DNA from: Macrostomum lignano
Lineage: Eukaryota
Direction: 5' to 3'
DNA: 64,000 bases
NCBI GenBank assembly: GCA_002269645.1
Contig: NIVC01000197.1
Coordinates: 62,001-126,000 of the forward strand
The position numbers were made by a program, and so were the translations under genes. The notes beneath the pieces were generated by a model. It was not told the DNA's origin. It worked only from the letters and a program-made list of their open reading frames with translations, and made no database searches. Positions 37,263 through 50,822 of the stretch are shown here, piece by piece. Position 1 is the first letter of the stretch. Every line of letters starts with the position of its first letter.

Positions 37263-39027
37263 AGAAAATCAAACAAAGACTCAAAAATTATTCAGTCTTA
37301 GTTCCATAACTTGAAACCTGAATTGCCAGCAGTAGATTTCATTATTTGTTGTATTTGGCAGCAAATTACTGACATTAGTAATTAATAAAAAGCACGAATT
37401 CAAGAAACGTCACGCATGCAGAAAGTTGAAACATGGCATTGGCGCAAAACATTCAGTGATTGAAAAATGGGCAACTGATATTGACTAAAAAGCAAGGCTT
37501 TTGGGGAAACAGCAAAGATTAAATTTTACAAAAATTCTCTGGCACTACTTAAATTCAATGTTCCGGCTACTTGTAAAATTTATCCTTACTGGCTACTCTT
37601 AGTACTGACAGTAGTTCATTTTAGAATTGGAAGTATTTGCTGTAACAGCTTGAAGCAGTTTAAATCATGCCCTTAAATTAATGCTCACACGCTGAGGATA
37701 TTAAACATGTGTACAGATCAAAATAATAAAACAAGGGCAAATTAATAAATAAACAGTAGAGTGGCACTTTCAGGAACATGCAGCAGGCGTATTGTGTACG
37801 GTTTAGAGTCAATCGCACAAGTAGTAAAGTATGCAAATTCTTTGCGTTTTGAGTTCACTTTAAACTGAAAAAACCGACCCAGCTCATTGCATTGAAAATT
37901 CAATGAGGAAAAAACGGTAACATGATAAATGGCAGAAACACCAGCCTTGTGTAGCTCGTGTACTTTAAAGATTGGAATTTGCCTGGCGGATGAGATAAAG
38001 CCGGCGCATTAAAGGAGATTTCAAAAACATAAAAGGATGAGCTAATAATGCAATGTAAGGTGTTTTACAATTGTACGTTAAGTTTAGGGTTGCTAGGCGA
38101 CTGACTACTTGACTATTCTGCTAAGAATTAACCAGTAAGTTTCCATTGCATTCCTTTGGGACGGAGTTCCCCATAAGTTGGCTGTTAGAACCTGTTTTAA
38201 ATCAACCAGATTGCACCTAAACGCAGGAATGGCTTCATTTTAAAAGCTCAACTTGTGTTGTCATCGTGTTAACATCTCGATCAGTGGATAAAAAGGGCGT
38301 CGAGGTGAATAGGGAATTCGTTGAGAAAAGTTGTACACCTAAATAGAGGATGCTTGGAGCGTGGTTGAAGCCAAGAGTTTGACATGATTGACAACCAGAT
38401 TGATTTTCCGCTGTAGTTGTTTGACACTTTTACTACTTTCTGTTTCTGTTCTGTAACAATGAAGAATACATAAGGTTTTATAAGAATTTTATAAGAATAA
38501 AGGCAGCTGAGATGACTTTGATAAGTTGAGAAGCCAAGCTTGCGGACGTACTCGTAAACAGCTTGCTGATTGGTTCAGCAATAATGTACATTGGCCAATG
38601 AAATGTACGTGGCAGATTTAGGCTGGAACAACCGAGGAAGGCAATAAAAATTGGGTGGCGGGGCAGGGGTAGAGGTTCTGTGTGTAGTTTGAGGGTTTAA
38701 GCTTTGGGGGGGTAAGACTTAAGAGCCAATAAATGAGCCTTGTCTTTGAAAATACATTAAAATGCTTCAGTTTAACTTGCTACTGAACAGAAAGTAGCTT
38801 ACATGCAAATTTGCTGAGTGGCCCATCTAGTTATTCTGGTATCTGTAAACCGACTAGAAGAAACTTTTCTGATCTAAATTAAACGTTAATTTTTAATTAG
38901 CCACACAGCAGGCAAGATATTGATTTTTTGGGGTCAGGTACACTATGTACTTTAGCAAGCTCAATGCGAATCATTCAGTGAAGTTGAAATTTTATAAGCT
39001 ATGAGCACCAATCGGCTGAGGAGCGGC

Positions 39028-40942
39028 TCACAGCGCGGTGCTGGAAGTGTCCGCAGACGGGGCCACCGGGGCCGCCCCAGCGTCCTCCTCCATCAGCGGG
39101 GCCGACGGCTCAGCGAAGAAGACGCTCGCCCGGCTGTTGTGCTTCTCGTCTGCGCCGGCGCCGCTGTTACTCCGACGACGTCGCCGCTTGCCGATGGTGC
39201 CGACGGCGCCGTTCGGCGACATCGCGGCGATGCTGCTGTGGCTGACGTTCAACGCGATGGCATCGCCGATGTCTGTGGGATTGCGCAGGTCCAGGTGTGA
39301 GTACTGAGTCTTGAACTCGCCGTAGAGATCGGCGCAGATCTCCGTGGTGATGACGTCACCGCAGTTCAGCGCCATCATGTGCAGCACCAGGGCGCCATCG
39401 TGGCGCAAAAATTTCGTCACAAAATTTTCCACAACCGGCCGCTCGTCGTCCTTGTTCTTCTGGGACAGCTTCTCGGCCAGGAACAGGTACTTCTTGAATA
39501 GGCGGCTGCGCTGGTGGCTGAGCAGCCGGTAGCACCATAGAGCAACGCTGAGTAGCGTCAGCACGAGCACAACCACGTACCAGAACCACAGGAAAATGAA
39601 GATCTTCTCGTGGATCATGTTGACTGGCAGGGCGCACTGGGCGAAGATGTACTGCGCATCGGCTGTCTGGCGAGTCTTGATGGCGCAGGCGCCGCTCCGG
39701 GGAACAGGCCCGTGTCCTGCCAGTCGCGGCCCTGCGCCAGCTCCGACAGCAGGTCCAGCCCGAAGGTGGACGTCAGCCACAGCAGGGAGCCGCTGTAAGA
39801 CCGCGAGCTTTTCACCTGCAACACGTGGCACATGAGCAGCAGCTGGCAAATCAGGTTGACAATGTAGGCGCATTTGATGACAAAGTAGCAGAACACCAGC
39901 CAGGTGCCCAGTCGCTTGGAGGCCACGCAGCAGGACAGGAAGCCGTACAGCCGCCGCCTGGTCTGCTTCATCGGGCTGCTGCTCAGCTCGCGAGTGTTGA
40001 ACAGCCACAGCTCCAGCTGGCGGGTCACATGACCTCTGAGCTTCTCCCGCTTCTCGCCGTCTGCCCGCCCGGCGTCGCAGGCGACCCGCACCAGCTGGAA
40101 CAGGTCCGTGCCGGCACGCTGGGTCACCAGCAGCTGCCAGGTGAATCGCGGAATGCAGAAAATGATGCCCTGAACGCCCAGCAGGAACGGCAGCCACTGG
40201 TAATAGTAGATCTTTCTGCTGCGGAACTCTTCGTCCCAGTAGGCTTTGGTGTTGTCAATTTTGAAATCCTCTAGCGGGACATTGTAAGTTCCCTCCGTGT
40301 AGCAGTAGTTGTTGACGTAGGCCGACTGGCCCTCGTGGGAGCCGACGATGTTGGGGAGATAGCAGAAGATGGGATTCAGAAAGTAGGTCTTGATGGTGGT
40401 GGCGCAGCTGAACACCATCAGGAAGCAGACTGGAATTTGGAGTTAGTTATGGGGATTTTTAGGCTTAGGACGCGTTTCTTGGCTGGGGCCTTTACCCCAG
40501 ACCCGAACAAAGACACCAAGAAGCAATAAAGTCCTCGGGCTCCTACTTTTAGACCATAGACAACAAAAGTCAATAGACAAAACTATTGGTATTATGAACG
40601 TGCCACGCAGAGTTTCATTTCAGTCTAATTTCAGTGACAGACTTTTGTCTATGGTCGAAGCTATAAATTGGCTCTCTCTCTCTGTTCTGTTAGCTAATCT
40701 CGGTACTCTCTGGTCATACTACCAGATTCGGTATGGGGCCATGGGGGCGAACCCCCCCCCACCCCACTTAAAACAGTACCATAATGCGCACGCTTGGTGT
40801 CAATTAGTAAGTCAATTTGTATAATTTTGCAGTACCGCTCACCTGTGAACAGACAGTTCAACCTGTCCGCAAAATCGTCCAAGCCCACATGCGTCAGCAA
40901 CTCCATCTTGCCAGCTGCCGAGATGAAGTCGTGTACAACCAT
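39028..40942 (-). CDS. Second innexin paralog, complement(join(39028..40429,40843..40942)), about 500 aa, with an apparent 1-bp deletion at 39699-39702 (assembly error or young pseudogene)
   Basis: Same exon-1 length (100 nt) and intron position as innexin 1; YYQWLPF, QCALPVNMIHEKIF, FLRHDGAL. The frame switches at GLFP|RSGACAI between ORFs 39615-40418 and 39028-40197. Confidence 0.92.
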
Positions 40943-42314
40943 TTTTGCAGCAGTTGGTAGTACTCGGTGCCGAATAGATAATTAATTACGAATTTTATTG
41001 ACTTAGGCGGTGGTTGGGGTTTCTCAACCAATCAGAGAGATGATGTACAAGGGAGCGATGAGTAGCTGATGCCGGATGAATCGGGACGAAGTGAAATTGT
41101 TGCGAACAAAAATGGCTTGATGATTGATCTGAAATTGCAATTGGGACAGAGGTTGGGCGAAAGCATGATTTTTTTTTTCCTGGAGCTGAGACACTGCAGA
41201 AGTCAACCACAGATACTATAATAGCTAGATGTGCCTCAGCACATTTGCGTGTAAACTACTTTCAGTTCAGTAGTAAGTTAAACAGAAAAGCATATGTATT
41301 CTTAAAGTCAAGGCTCATTTATAGACTCTTACCCGCAGCTTAAACCCTCCAACCGGCGCCTGTCCACACTACCCCTGCCCCAATTTTTATTGCCTTTCTC
41401 GGAATTCCAGCCTAAAGCTTCCATGTACATTTGAGTGGACTGGCTAATGTACATTACTGCTGAACCAATTAGCAAGTTGTTTACGCCTGCAAGCTTGGGC
41501 TTCTAAACTTATCAAAGTCATTTCAGCTGCCTTTATTTTTATAAAATAGCTTTTTTATTCTTCTTTGCTACTGAACTGAAAGTAGAAAGCTGTTTTTTAA
41601 GTATATGCCTGAGATTGGCCTATCTAGTTATTTTAGAACTAAATGCGGGAGGTGTGGGGGCGGCGACCCTACCCAACAACTAAAGTATATATGGTATACT
41701 CGTTGCCCAATAAGCTTCTTACGCTCGTAGTTTTTTAATTTAGGCTAAATACATAAACAATAAAAACACAATAGCCATCGTCCCACCTTTGAAGACGACA
41801 GCGTCTTCATTCACTAGTTATTTTAGAAGCTGTGAAATCAACTAAAAACCTGATTTTCCTACTTCAAATAGATAAGCGTTTTTTTAGAATTTCAGATAAA
41901 AAAATTCTATTTTTAGAACCAGCCAATCAATACACGGCAAGTCCAAAAAAGCATGGCCGACACAAAATGACCGATGTCCCTCCCCTCTGACGAAACACAG
42001 TTTACTCTGCGCATGCTGGGTGGGTTAGCACCGAACCGAGTTGCTTGTAGCGTTTACTAAAGCCTCCATGAGAATTCTCGACTTGGCCCATGTGCTTGTG
42101 GTGTGGAGTAGTTTTTTTGCAGTTGTGCATTCCGAGAGGCGCGCCTCAGCGTGTTTTTGCAATATTTTGTAAGGCTCGCTGCATCGTACGCAGAGCAAGA
42201 TGCTCACGTGTCAGTCAGTCTGTCCACTCCACATGCTGCTCGTGTATGTGTGTGTAATGTGTGCCCGATGCCCTCACTCGGCATCAGAGTAGGTTGTTAC
42301 ATGCCGAATATCTC

Positions 42315-43560
42315 CAGGGGACACGAGAGGGGGAGAGGCCAAGAGGGGGACACGGGAGGGGGAGAGGCCAAGAGGGGGACACGAGAGGGGGAGAGGCCAA
42401 GAGGGGGACACGGGAGGGGGAGAGGCCAAGAGGGGGACACGAGAGGGGGAGAGGCCAAGAGGGGGACACGGGAGGGGGAGAGGCCAAGAGGGGGACACGA
42501 GAGGGGGAGAGGCCAAGAGGGGGACACGGAGGGGGAGAGGCCAAGAGGGGGACACGGGAGGGGGAGAGGCCAAGAGGGGGACACGAGAGGGGGAGAGGCC
42601 AAGAGGGGGACACGAGAGGGGGAGAGGCCAAGAGGGGGACACGGGAGCAAGGACAACTTAAGTAGAAGGACGCAACACTCGAAATCTATGGTACGCTCGT
42701 AAATGTTTTGAAGGCAACTTTTCGCCGAAAAATACACTACAGAGATAGGAGGTTCTAATTTTTTCAGCACAAAAATTGTTATTGCTTTTGATGGGAGGCA
42801 GACCCAGTGTTCATCTTTTGATATGTTGTGCCTTTCCTATTGCTCTATCGATAGTCATGAAACTATTCATAATATTCATATATCTGTCACTTGAAAAAAC
42901 GTTTAAAATAATGACAAGACCAATTTAACATGAAAATCGATTAATGCGTCGTTAGAGCAGCATGTGAGGCACAAAATAGTGTGATTAGGACTTTCTGACA
43001 CTGTTAAGAGACCCAATCACTGTTTTAGTGTTGAAAATCGTGAAATTTCCTATCTCCGTAGTGCATTTTTCCGGTGAAACCTGCCTTTAAAACAATTTCT
43101 TAACGAAAAGCTTTTTTAAGAATATCGATAAGAGCAATAAGAAAGGCGCAAAATATCAAAAGATGAACACTGGATCTGCCTCCCATCAAAAGCAATAGCA
43201 ATTTTTGTGCTGAAAAAATTAGAACCTCCTATCTCTGTAGTGTATTTTTCGACATTTACCAGATTTCGAGTGTAGCGTCCTATATATATGTTACTTGAGT
43301 AGTCCTTGCACGGGAGGGGGAGAGGGAGACACAGAAGGGGGGAGGGGGACACAGGAGGGGGAGAGGTGGACACGGGAGGGGGACAGTCGGTACGGGAGGG
43401 GGAGAGAGGGGGACACGGGAGGGTGAAAGGGGGGCTAAGAGCCGGAGAGGGGGACACGAGAGGGTGGGATGGAGGGAGACAGTCGGTAAGGTAAGGGAAG
43501 ACATGAGAGCGAGAGGGGGAGAAGGAGATACAGTAAAGTGAGATTGTGAGAAGGGAGAGT
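42315..43560. repeat. 29-bp G-rich minisatellite (GGGGGACACGAGAGGGGGAGAGGCCAAGA), 42315-42646, with degenerate continuation 43310-43560
   Basis: Direct tandem repeat interrupted by a foldback element. Confidence 0.88.
42647..43309. mobile_element. Foldback/MITE element, 663 bp, with about 200-bp TIRs
   Basis: About 42647-42852 is the reverse complement of about 43125-43309; ACGGGA flanks both ends. Confidence 0.8.
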
Positions 43561-44576
43561 CTGGGAGACACAGTAGGGTGATGGTCAAGGAGGGAAACGT
43601 GGCTTATATGGATTATACAAACTAATCATAAGATTTTTGACAAAGAACAATAAATTGCTCGTAATCATCAGTGTCAACTATTTCACATTTTAACACAGGA
43701 ACTTTAGTTGCAACTCTTCCATTCAGAGGCAAAACAATACAATACACATCCTAATCCCATTGTTTTGACTTTCGATAAAGTGAGCAAAGTTAATTCACAA
43801 TGTAAAAAATTAACAATAAGAACAACAATAGAATGAGAAAGACAAAGCTCATTGTACTCACCGTAGGTTCCAATAAGTCACGTGGGTTCGTTGATGAGGC
43901 TGAGAAGCAGCAGTGCTACCGTCAGTGCGCGAACGCAGCTCATTCTTCTGGGCTCAAACTTCCCCAATGCGCTTTCAAAAAGCCAGCTGAGACTGCATTA
44001 TCAAATGCATCTCAATTTTCGTTTAGTATTAACAGGAAGAATCTGGATTTGAACAAAGACTAAGGTTGGTCTGGAGCTTGCTTTGTTAACGAAATTCTCC
44101 GTTTTCCTGGTCTGTCTGAGCCACTTTATACCCACTAAAGGTTATATTATAGGTTCTACCAATGCCATAGTAGTTTTCCTTCCCCTGGCCGGGCCTTCTC
44201 TCGTTGGTTGATGCATCGCGCAGTATAACTAATGTAAGCATCGTCCAATGCCCAATGCAGACTGAGGCCCACCTCACACTGCGCATGAATCACCCTGAAC
44301 ATTCTGAACCTGAATGTACAGCTAAACTGACGATGAACGCCCCATATGTCCCCCCCTATGCTGGGGAAAATTGTGGAGGGAACTGGCAGAACCGAGGGGA
44401 AGACTTACAGATAAAACAGCATAGTGCGGGGGTCATACCCATACCGGGGGCGAATGAGGACAAGCCTTTAGTCTGGCTTTTTTCCTGAATGACTAAGCAA
44501 GCGGGTTCTAGAAATAAAGAACAAGGCAATGTAAAGGGTCTTAGATCCCACAGTTCTAATTTGGGGAACGTTAAAA

Positions 44577-44600
44577 TTAGGGTTAGGGTTAGGGTTAGGG
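44577..44600 (+). repeat. Interstitial (TTAGGG)4
   Basis: Four perfect telomeric hexamers. Confidence 0.9.
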
Positions 44601-44664
44601 TTAAAAGCCTTCGGGACTTTTTAAAGCAATTTCCTAGCAATCCTACCCGCTAGAAGTTTGTCTC

Positions 44665-45130
44665 TTTTCAGCTCTTCTCTCTCTTCTCCTCTCTCTTCTC
44701 TCTTTTCTCTTTTCTCTCCTCTCTTCTCTTCTCTCCTCTCTTCTCTCCTCTCTTCTCTCTTCTCTCTTCACTCTTCTCTTCTCTCCTCTCTCCGCTCTTC
44801 TCTCATCTCTCTTCTCTTATCTTCTCTCCTCTCTCCGCTCTTCTCTCTTCTCTCTTCTCTTCTCTCCTCTCTTCTCTCCGCTCTTCTCTCTTCTCTCTTC
44901 TCTTCTCTCCTCTCTTCTCTCCGCTCTTCTCTCTTCTCTCTTCTCTTCTCTCCTCTCTTCTCTCCGCTCTTCTCTCATCTCTCTTCTCTTATCTTCTCTC
45001 CTCTCTCCGCTCTTCTCTCTTCTCTCTTCTCTTCTCTCCTCTCTTCTCTCCGCTCTTCTCTCTTCTCTCTTCTCTTCTCTCCTCTCTTCTCTCCGCTCTT
45101 CTCTCTCCTCCCCTCTCTTTTCTCCTCTCT
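44665..45130. repeat. CT-rich polypyrimidine satellite
   Basis: Direct inspection. Confidence 0.92.
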
Positions 45131-45834
45131 GAGACACTAGGACACTAGGAGGTTAAAGAAGTCCACAATCTAGCAAGAACTAAAGTAAACTATAAGGCAG
45201 ATGTTTAAGCGTCAATATGAGTCACTAGGGAACTGGAATTCTAAACCGGAACTGAAACACGCATGCTGTTCTTGCTGTGGAATTTTCTTAAGCTGGTTCT
45301 GCTTTGATATGGCAAACTGGAAACCAAATTAAGCCAACAGAATCGAGTGCGAACTTCCACTGCAGTTCGCCCCGCGCTTATCTTCCCTTTCTTTCCATTT
45401 CTTCCCTTTGGCTGCGTGACCCTTGCCGTGCTCAAAATCTAATTATAAAACTCTTGAGAAGGCAATTTGCACCTGCTTCTAACGGTCCTCTTGTTCGCGT
45501 GGGTGGCAATATCAGTAAAAATTGCAGCTTATCTAAAATTGCCGATTCTTTTTTATTATGATTGACTCTCAGTTTCTAAGTTCCTACTGGTGGTGACCTC
45601 AATTGACCTCTGCATAGTTAACTAGGGTGAAGGTGCACGTGCACGAGCTACACGGCTATTTGAGTTTAACATTTGATTAACTTCGGTAATTTTTCTTAGC
45701 GAGGTCAGTTTAGGAATCTGGCGCTTACCGCAGCGCTCCGTTTTTGAACGAAATTCAACTTACGAAGTAGAATCAAATTTCACAAACCAAAAACTTCAGA
45801 CAGGGTGTTGCCAGAGTTTTTTACAGTATTAAAA

Positions 45835-46720
45835 ATTTAGGGTTTGTGAAGGTTAGGGTTTGTGAAGGTTAGGGTTTGTGAAGGTTAGGGTTTGTGAAGG
45901 TTAGGGTTTGTGAAGGTTAGGGTTTGTGAAGGTTAGGGTTTGTGAAGGTTAGGGTTTGTGAATTTTAGGGTTTGTGAAGGTTAGGGTTTGTGAAGGTTAG
46001 GGTTTGTGAATTTTAGGGTTTGTGAAGGTTAGGGTTTGTGAAGGTTAGGGTTTGTGAAGGTTAGGGTTTGTGAATTTTAGGGTTTGTGAAGGTTAGGGTT
46101 TGTGAAGGTTAGGGTTTGTGAAGATTGGGGTTCGTGAAGATTGGGGTTTGTGAGGTTTATGGATTGTGAAGATTGGGGTTTGTGAGGTTTAGGGATTGTG
46201 AAGATTGGAGTTTATGAGGTTTAGGGTTTGTGAATATTGGGGTTTGTGAGGTTTAGGGTTTGTGAAGATTGGGGTTTATGAGGTTTAGGGATTGTGAAGA
46301 TTGGGGTTTGTGAGGTTTAGGGATTGTGAAGATTGAGTTTATGAGGTTTAGGGTTTGTGAATATTGGGGTTTGTGAGGTTTAGGGTTTGTGAAGATTGGG
46401 GTTTGTGAGGTTTAGGGATTGTGAAGATTGGAGTTTATGAGGTTTAGGGTTTGTGAATATTGGGGTTTGTGAGGTTTAGGGTTTGTGAAGATTGGGGTTT
46501 ATGAGGTTTATGGTTTGTGAAGATTGGGGTTCGTGAAGATTGGGGTTTGTGAGGTTTAGGGTTTGTGAAGATTGGGGTTTGTGAAGATTGGGTTTGTGAA
46601 GATTGGGGTTTGTGAAGATTGGGGTTTGTGAAGATTGGGATTTGTGAAGATTGGGGTTTGTGAAGATTCGGGTTTGTGAAGATTGGGGTTTGTGAAGATT
46701 GGGGTTTGTGAAGGTTAGGA
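45835..46720 (+). repeat. 16-bp telomere-like minisatellite (GGTTAGGGTTTGTGAA) grading into GATTGGGGTTTGTGAA variants
   Basis: Direct tandem repeat. Confidence 0.93.
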
Positions 46721-47991
46721 TTTGTGATAGAGATGGCACCAAGAACTAACCTGCATGCATAGGGCTCATGATTTGCACTGCATCTGCAGCTGGTATTAAT
46801 ATATTTATTCTAAATCGAGCCATTATTTAGTTAGCCAGTATTTATCGAGCCATTATTTGCGAATAATGCGTATTCACTGCATAGGGCAATCTGTACGAGT
46901 GACCATACTAAATATATTGTTCACGAATAGCTATAGATATGCAGAGCTGCAGTTGGAATTCTATATGAATTTGCTATTTTTAACAACTGGTCAAGCTTAC
47001 AGATAAATGTATCTTTTAGCTGTCCTTATATGTACTAGGATGCATCAGCTGTGCCCTCAGTGTGACAGGCAATTTATATCCAGCATTCATCTGTATTGAT
47101 TTCCTATCGAGGTCTCCGCGCGCCCAGAAATTAAGCAGCTTTCAGCTGATCACGGGTTGCTGTTTTTGCGCAGCAGGATAAAAAATTGATGCCTGTGTAC
47201 AAAGTGCAGAAACCAGCGCGTGATGCAACAAAGTGGTACAGGAAACTAAACGTTTCTGGAAAAACTTTTAGGAGGCAGGTCTTAATGGAAAATACATTAC
47301 GGAGAATCTAGAGGTTCTCATTTTTTATTTTTGACCTGTTACACATTTTGTTACACAGTTATTAAAGCTAGCTACAGAATGATAAAATAGATTCATAAAA
47401 CCATATGAGTTGAGCCGTACCATTTTTGTGATTTTTAGACAAGACTATTAACACCAACATCTCATTAACAGACTATTGAAATATTGTCAACAGACCTTCT
47501 GACCTTCACACGCGCAGCAGCAGCTATCAGATACTTAGATAGTTGCATGTAATCTTGCACCAGATCGCATTAGTCACATGGACAACCAGATGAAAGAAAC
47601 CCACCGACTCGTTCAAGGACAGCTAAATGTCTGAATACTATATATAGTGCACACTTGGCCTGCACTGATGCTTGAACTTGTATCCAGATTACGATTTCGT
47701 CAGCTTTGCTCTCGCTTTCTTCTATAAAGAGTGTCTGGATGGCGAGCGCGTCCCAGAAGTCGTACAAAAGTTTTTTTTATTGATTAGTCTGTCGCCGAAG
47801 GACTGCAACAGTTGGATTTCTTTCTACAGAAAATAACACATTTCATAGAATTCCCACGGATTATGAAGCACTTGGTTATCATCATGTATCGAATTATTTC
47901 TTAAAGGGCTGTGCGTATCGTTTACGTACTGATGTACTGTGTCCTAAACTCAAAAGTTATTGATTTGTTTCCTTAAAAACCTGCTTTCTAG

Positions 47992-50822
47992 AGGTTTGGG
48001 AGTTTGGGAGGTTTGGGAGGTTTGGGAGATTTGGGAGTTTGGGAGGTTTGGGAGTTTGGGAGGTTTGGGAGTTTGGGAGGTTTGGGAGTTTGGGAGGTTT
48101 GTGAGTTTGGGAGGTGTGGGAGTTTGGGAGGTTTGGAGTTTGGGAGGTGTGGGAGTTTGGGAGGTTTGTGAGTTTGGGAGGTGTGGGAGTTTGGGAGGTT
48201 TGGAGTTTGGGAGGTTTGTGAGTTTGGGAGGTGTGGGAGTTTGGGAGGTTTGGGAGTTTGGGAGGTTTGGGAGTTTGGGAGGTTTGTGAGTTTGGGAGGT
48301 GTGGGAGTTTGGGAGGTTTGGAGTTTGGGAGGTTTGGAGTTTGGGAGGTGTGGGAGTTTGGGAGGTTTGGAGTTTGGGAGGTTCGGAGTTTGGGAGGCTT
48401 GGGAGTTTGGGAGGTTAGGAGGTTGGGAGGTTTGGGAGTTTGGGAGGTTTGGGAGTTTAGGAGGTTAGGAGGTTGGGAGGTTTGGGAGTTTGATTAGTTT
48501 GGGAGTTTGGTTAGTTTGGGAGATTTGGGAGTTTGGGAGGTTTGGGAGTTTGGTTAGTTTGGGAGTTTGGGAGGTTTGGAAGTTTGGGAGGTGTGAGAGT
48601 TTGGGAGGTTTGGAGTTTGGGAGGTTTGGAGTTTGGGAGGTTTGGGAGTTTGGTTAGTTTGGGAGTTTGGGAGGTTTGGGAGTTTGGGAGGTGTGAGAGT
48701 TTGGGAGGTTTGGAGTTTGGGAGGTTTGGGAGTTTGGGAGGTTAGGAGGTTGGGAGGTTTGGGAGTTTGGGAGGTTTGGGAGTTTGGGAGGTTTGTGAGT
48801 TTGGGAGGTTTGGAGTTTGGGAGGTTTGGGAGGTTTGGGAGATTTGGGAGTTTGGGAAATTTGGGAGTTTGGGAGGTTTGGGAGTTTGGGAGGTTTGGGA
48901 GTTTGGGAGGTTTGTGAGTTTGGGAGGTGTGGGAGTTTGGGAGGTTTGGAGTTTGGGAGGTTTGGAGTTTGGGAGGTTTGTGAGTTTGGGAGGTGTGGGA
49001 GTTTGGGAGGTTTGGGAGTTTGGGAGGTTTGGGAGTTTGGGAGGTTTGTGAGTTTGGGAGGTGTGGGAGTTTGGGAGGTTTGGAGTTTGGGAGGTTTGGA
49101 AGTTTGGGAGGTGTGAGAGTTTGGGAGGTTTGGAGTTTGGGAGGTTTGGAGTTTGGGAGGTTTGGGAGTTTGGTTAGTTTGGGAGTTTGGGAGGTTTGGG
49201 AGTTTGGGAGGTGTGAGAGTTTGGGAGGTTTGGAGTTTGGGAGGTTTGGGAGTTTGGGAGGTTAGGAGGTTGGGAGGTTTGGGAGTTTGGGAGGTTTGGG
49301 AGTTTGGGAGGTTTGTGAGTTTGGGAGGTTTGGAGTTTGGGAGGTTTGGGAGGTTTGGGAGATTTGGGAGTTTGGGAAATTTGGGAGTTTGGGAGGTTTG
49401 GGAGTTTGGGAGGTTTGGGAGTTTGGGAGGTTTGTGAGTTTGGGAGGTGTGGGAGTTTGGGAGGTTTGGAGTTTGGGAGGTTTGGAGTTTGGGAGGTTTG
49501 TGAGTTTGGGAGGTGTGGGAGTTTGGGAGGTTTGGGAGTTTGGGAGGTTTGGGAGTTTGGGAGGTTTGTGAGTTTGGGAGGTGTGGGAGTTTGGGAGGTT
49601 TGGAGTTTGGGAGGTTTGGAGTTTGGGAGGTGTGGGAGTTTGGGAGGTTAGGAGGTTGGGAGGTTTGGGAGTTTGGTTAGTTTGGGAGTTTGGTTAGTTT
49701 GGGAGATTTGGGAGTTTGGGAGGTTTGGGAGTTTGGTTAGTTTGGGAGTTTGGGAGGTTTGGAAGTTTGGGAGGTGTGAGAGTTTGGGAGGTTTGGAGTT
49801 TGGGAGGTTTGGAGTTTGGGAGGTTTGGGAGTTTGGTTAGTTTGGGAGTTTGGGAGGTTTGGGAGTTTGGGAGGTGTGAGAGTTTGGGAGGTTTGGAGTT
49901 TGGGAGGTTTGGGAGTTTGGGAGGTTAGGAGGTTGGGAGGTTTGGGAGTTTGGGAGGTTTGGGAGTTTGGGAGGTTTGTGAGTTTGGGAGGTTTGGAGTT
50001 TGGGAGGTTTGGGAGGTTTGGGAGATTTGGGAGTTTGGGAGGTTTGGGAGTTTGGGAGGTTTGGGAGTTTGGGAGGTTTGGGAGTTTGGGAGGTTTGGAG
50101 TTTGGGAGGTTTGGAGTTTGGGAGGTTTGGGAGTTTGGTTAGTTTGGGAGTTTGGGAGGTTTGGGAGTTTGGGAGGTGTGAGAGTTTGGGAGGTTTGGAG
50201 TTTGGGAGGTGTGGGAGTTTGGGAGGTTTGGAGTTTGGGAGGTTCGGAGTTTGGGAGGCTTGGGAGTTTGGGAGGTTAGGAGGTTGGGAGGTTTGGGAGT
50301 TTGGGAGGTTTGGGAGTTTAGGAGGTTAGGAGGTTGGGAGGTTTGGGAGTTTGGTTAGTTTGGGAGTTTGGTTAGTTTGGGAGATTTGGGAGTTTGGGAG
50401 GTTTGGGAGTTTGGTTAGTTTGGGAGTTTGGGAGGTTTGGAAGTTTGGGAGGTGTGAGAGTTTGGGAGGTTTGGAGTTTGGGAGGTTAGGAGGTTGGGAG
50501 GTTTGGGAGTTTTGGAGGTTAGGAGGTTGGGAGGTTTGGGAGTTTGGTTAGTTTGGGAGTTTGGTTAGTTTGGGAGATTTGGGAGTTTGGGAGGTTTGGG
50601 AGTTTGGTTAGTTTGGGAGTTTGGGAGGTTTGGAAGTTTGGGAGGTGTGAGAGTTTGGGAGGTTTGGAGTTTGGGAGGTTAGGAGGTTGGGAGGTTTGGG
50701 AGTTTTGGAGGTTAGGAGGTTGGGAGGTTTGGGAGTTTGGGAGGTTAGGAGGTTGGGAGGTTTGGGAGTTTGGGAGGTTAGGAGGTTAGGAGGTTGGGAG
50801 GTTTGGGAGTTTGGGAGGTTTG
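47992..50822 (+). repeat. 2.8-kb G/T-rich satellite (GGGAGTTT/GGGAGGTTT) with internal block duplications
   Basis: Almost C-free on the + strand; identical ORF translations recur at 520-bp and 1183-bp offsets. Confidence 0.97.

Noticed and set aside
39690-39710. Programmed -1 ribosomal frameshift in innexin 2
   Set aside because: No X XXY YYZ slippery heptamer; a homopolymer indel is far more parsimonious.
44577-46120. True telomere
   Set aside because: Only four perfect hexamers, with genes on both sides.
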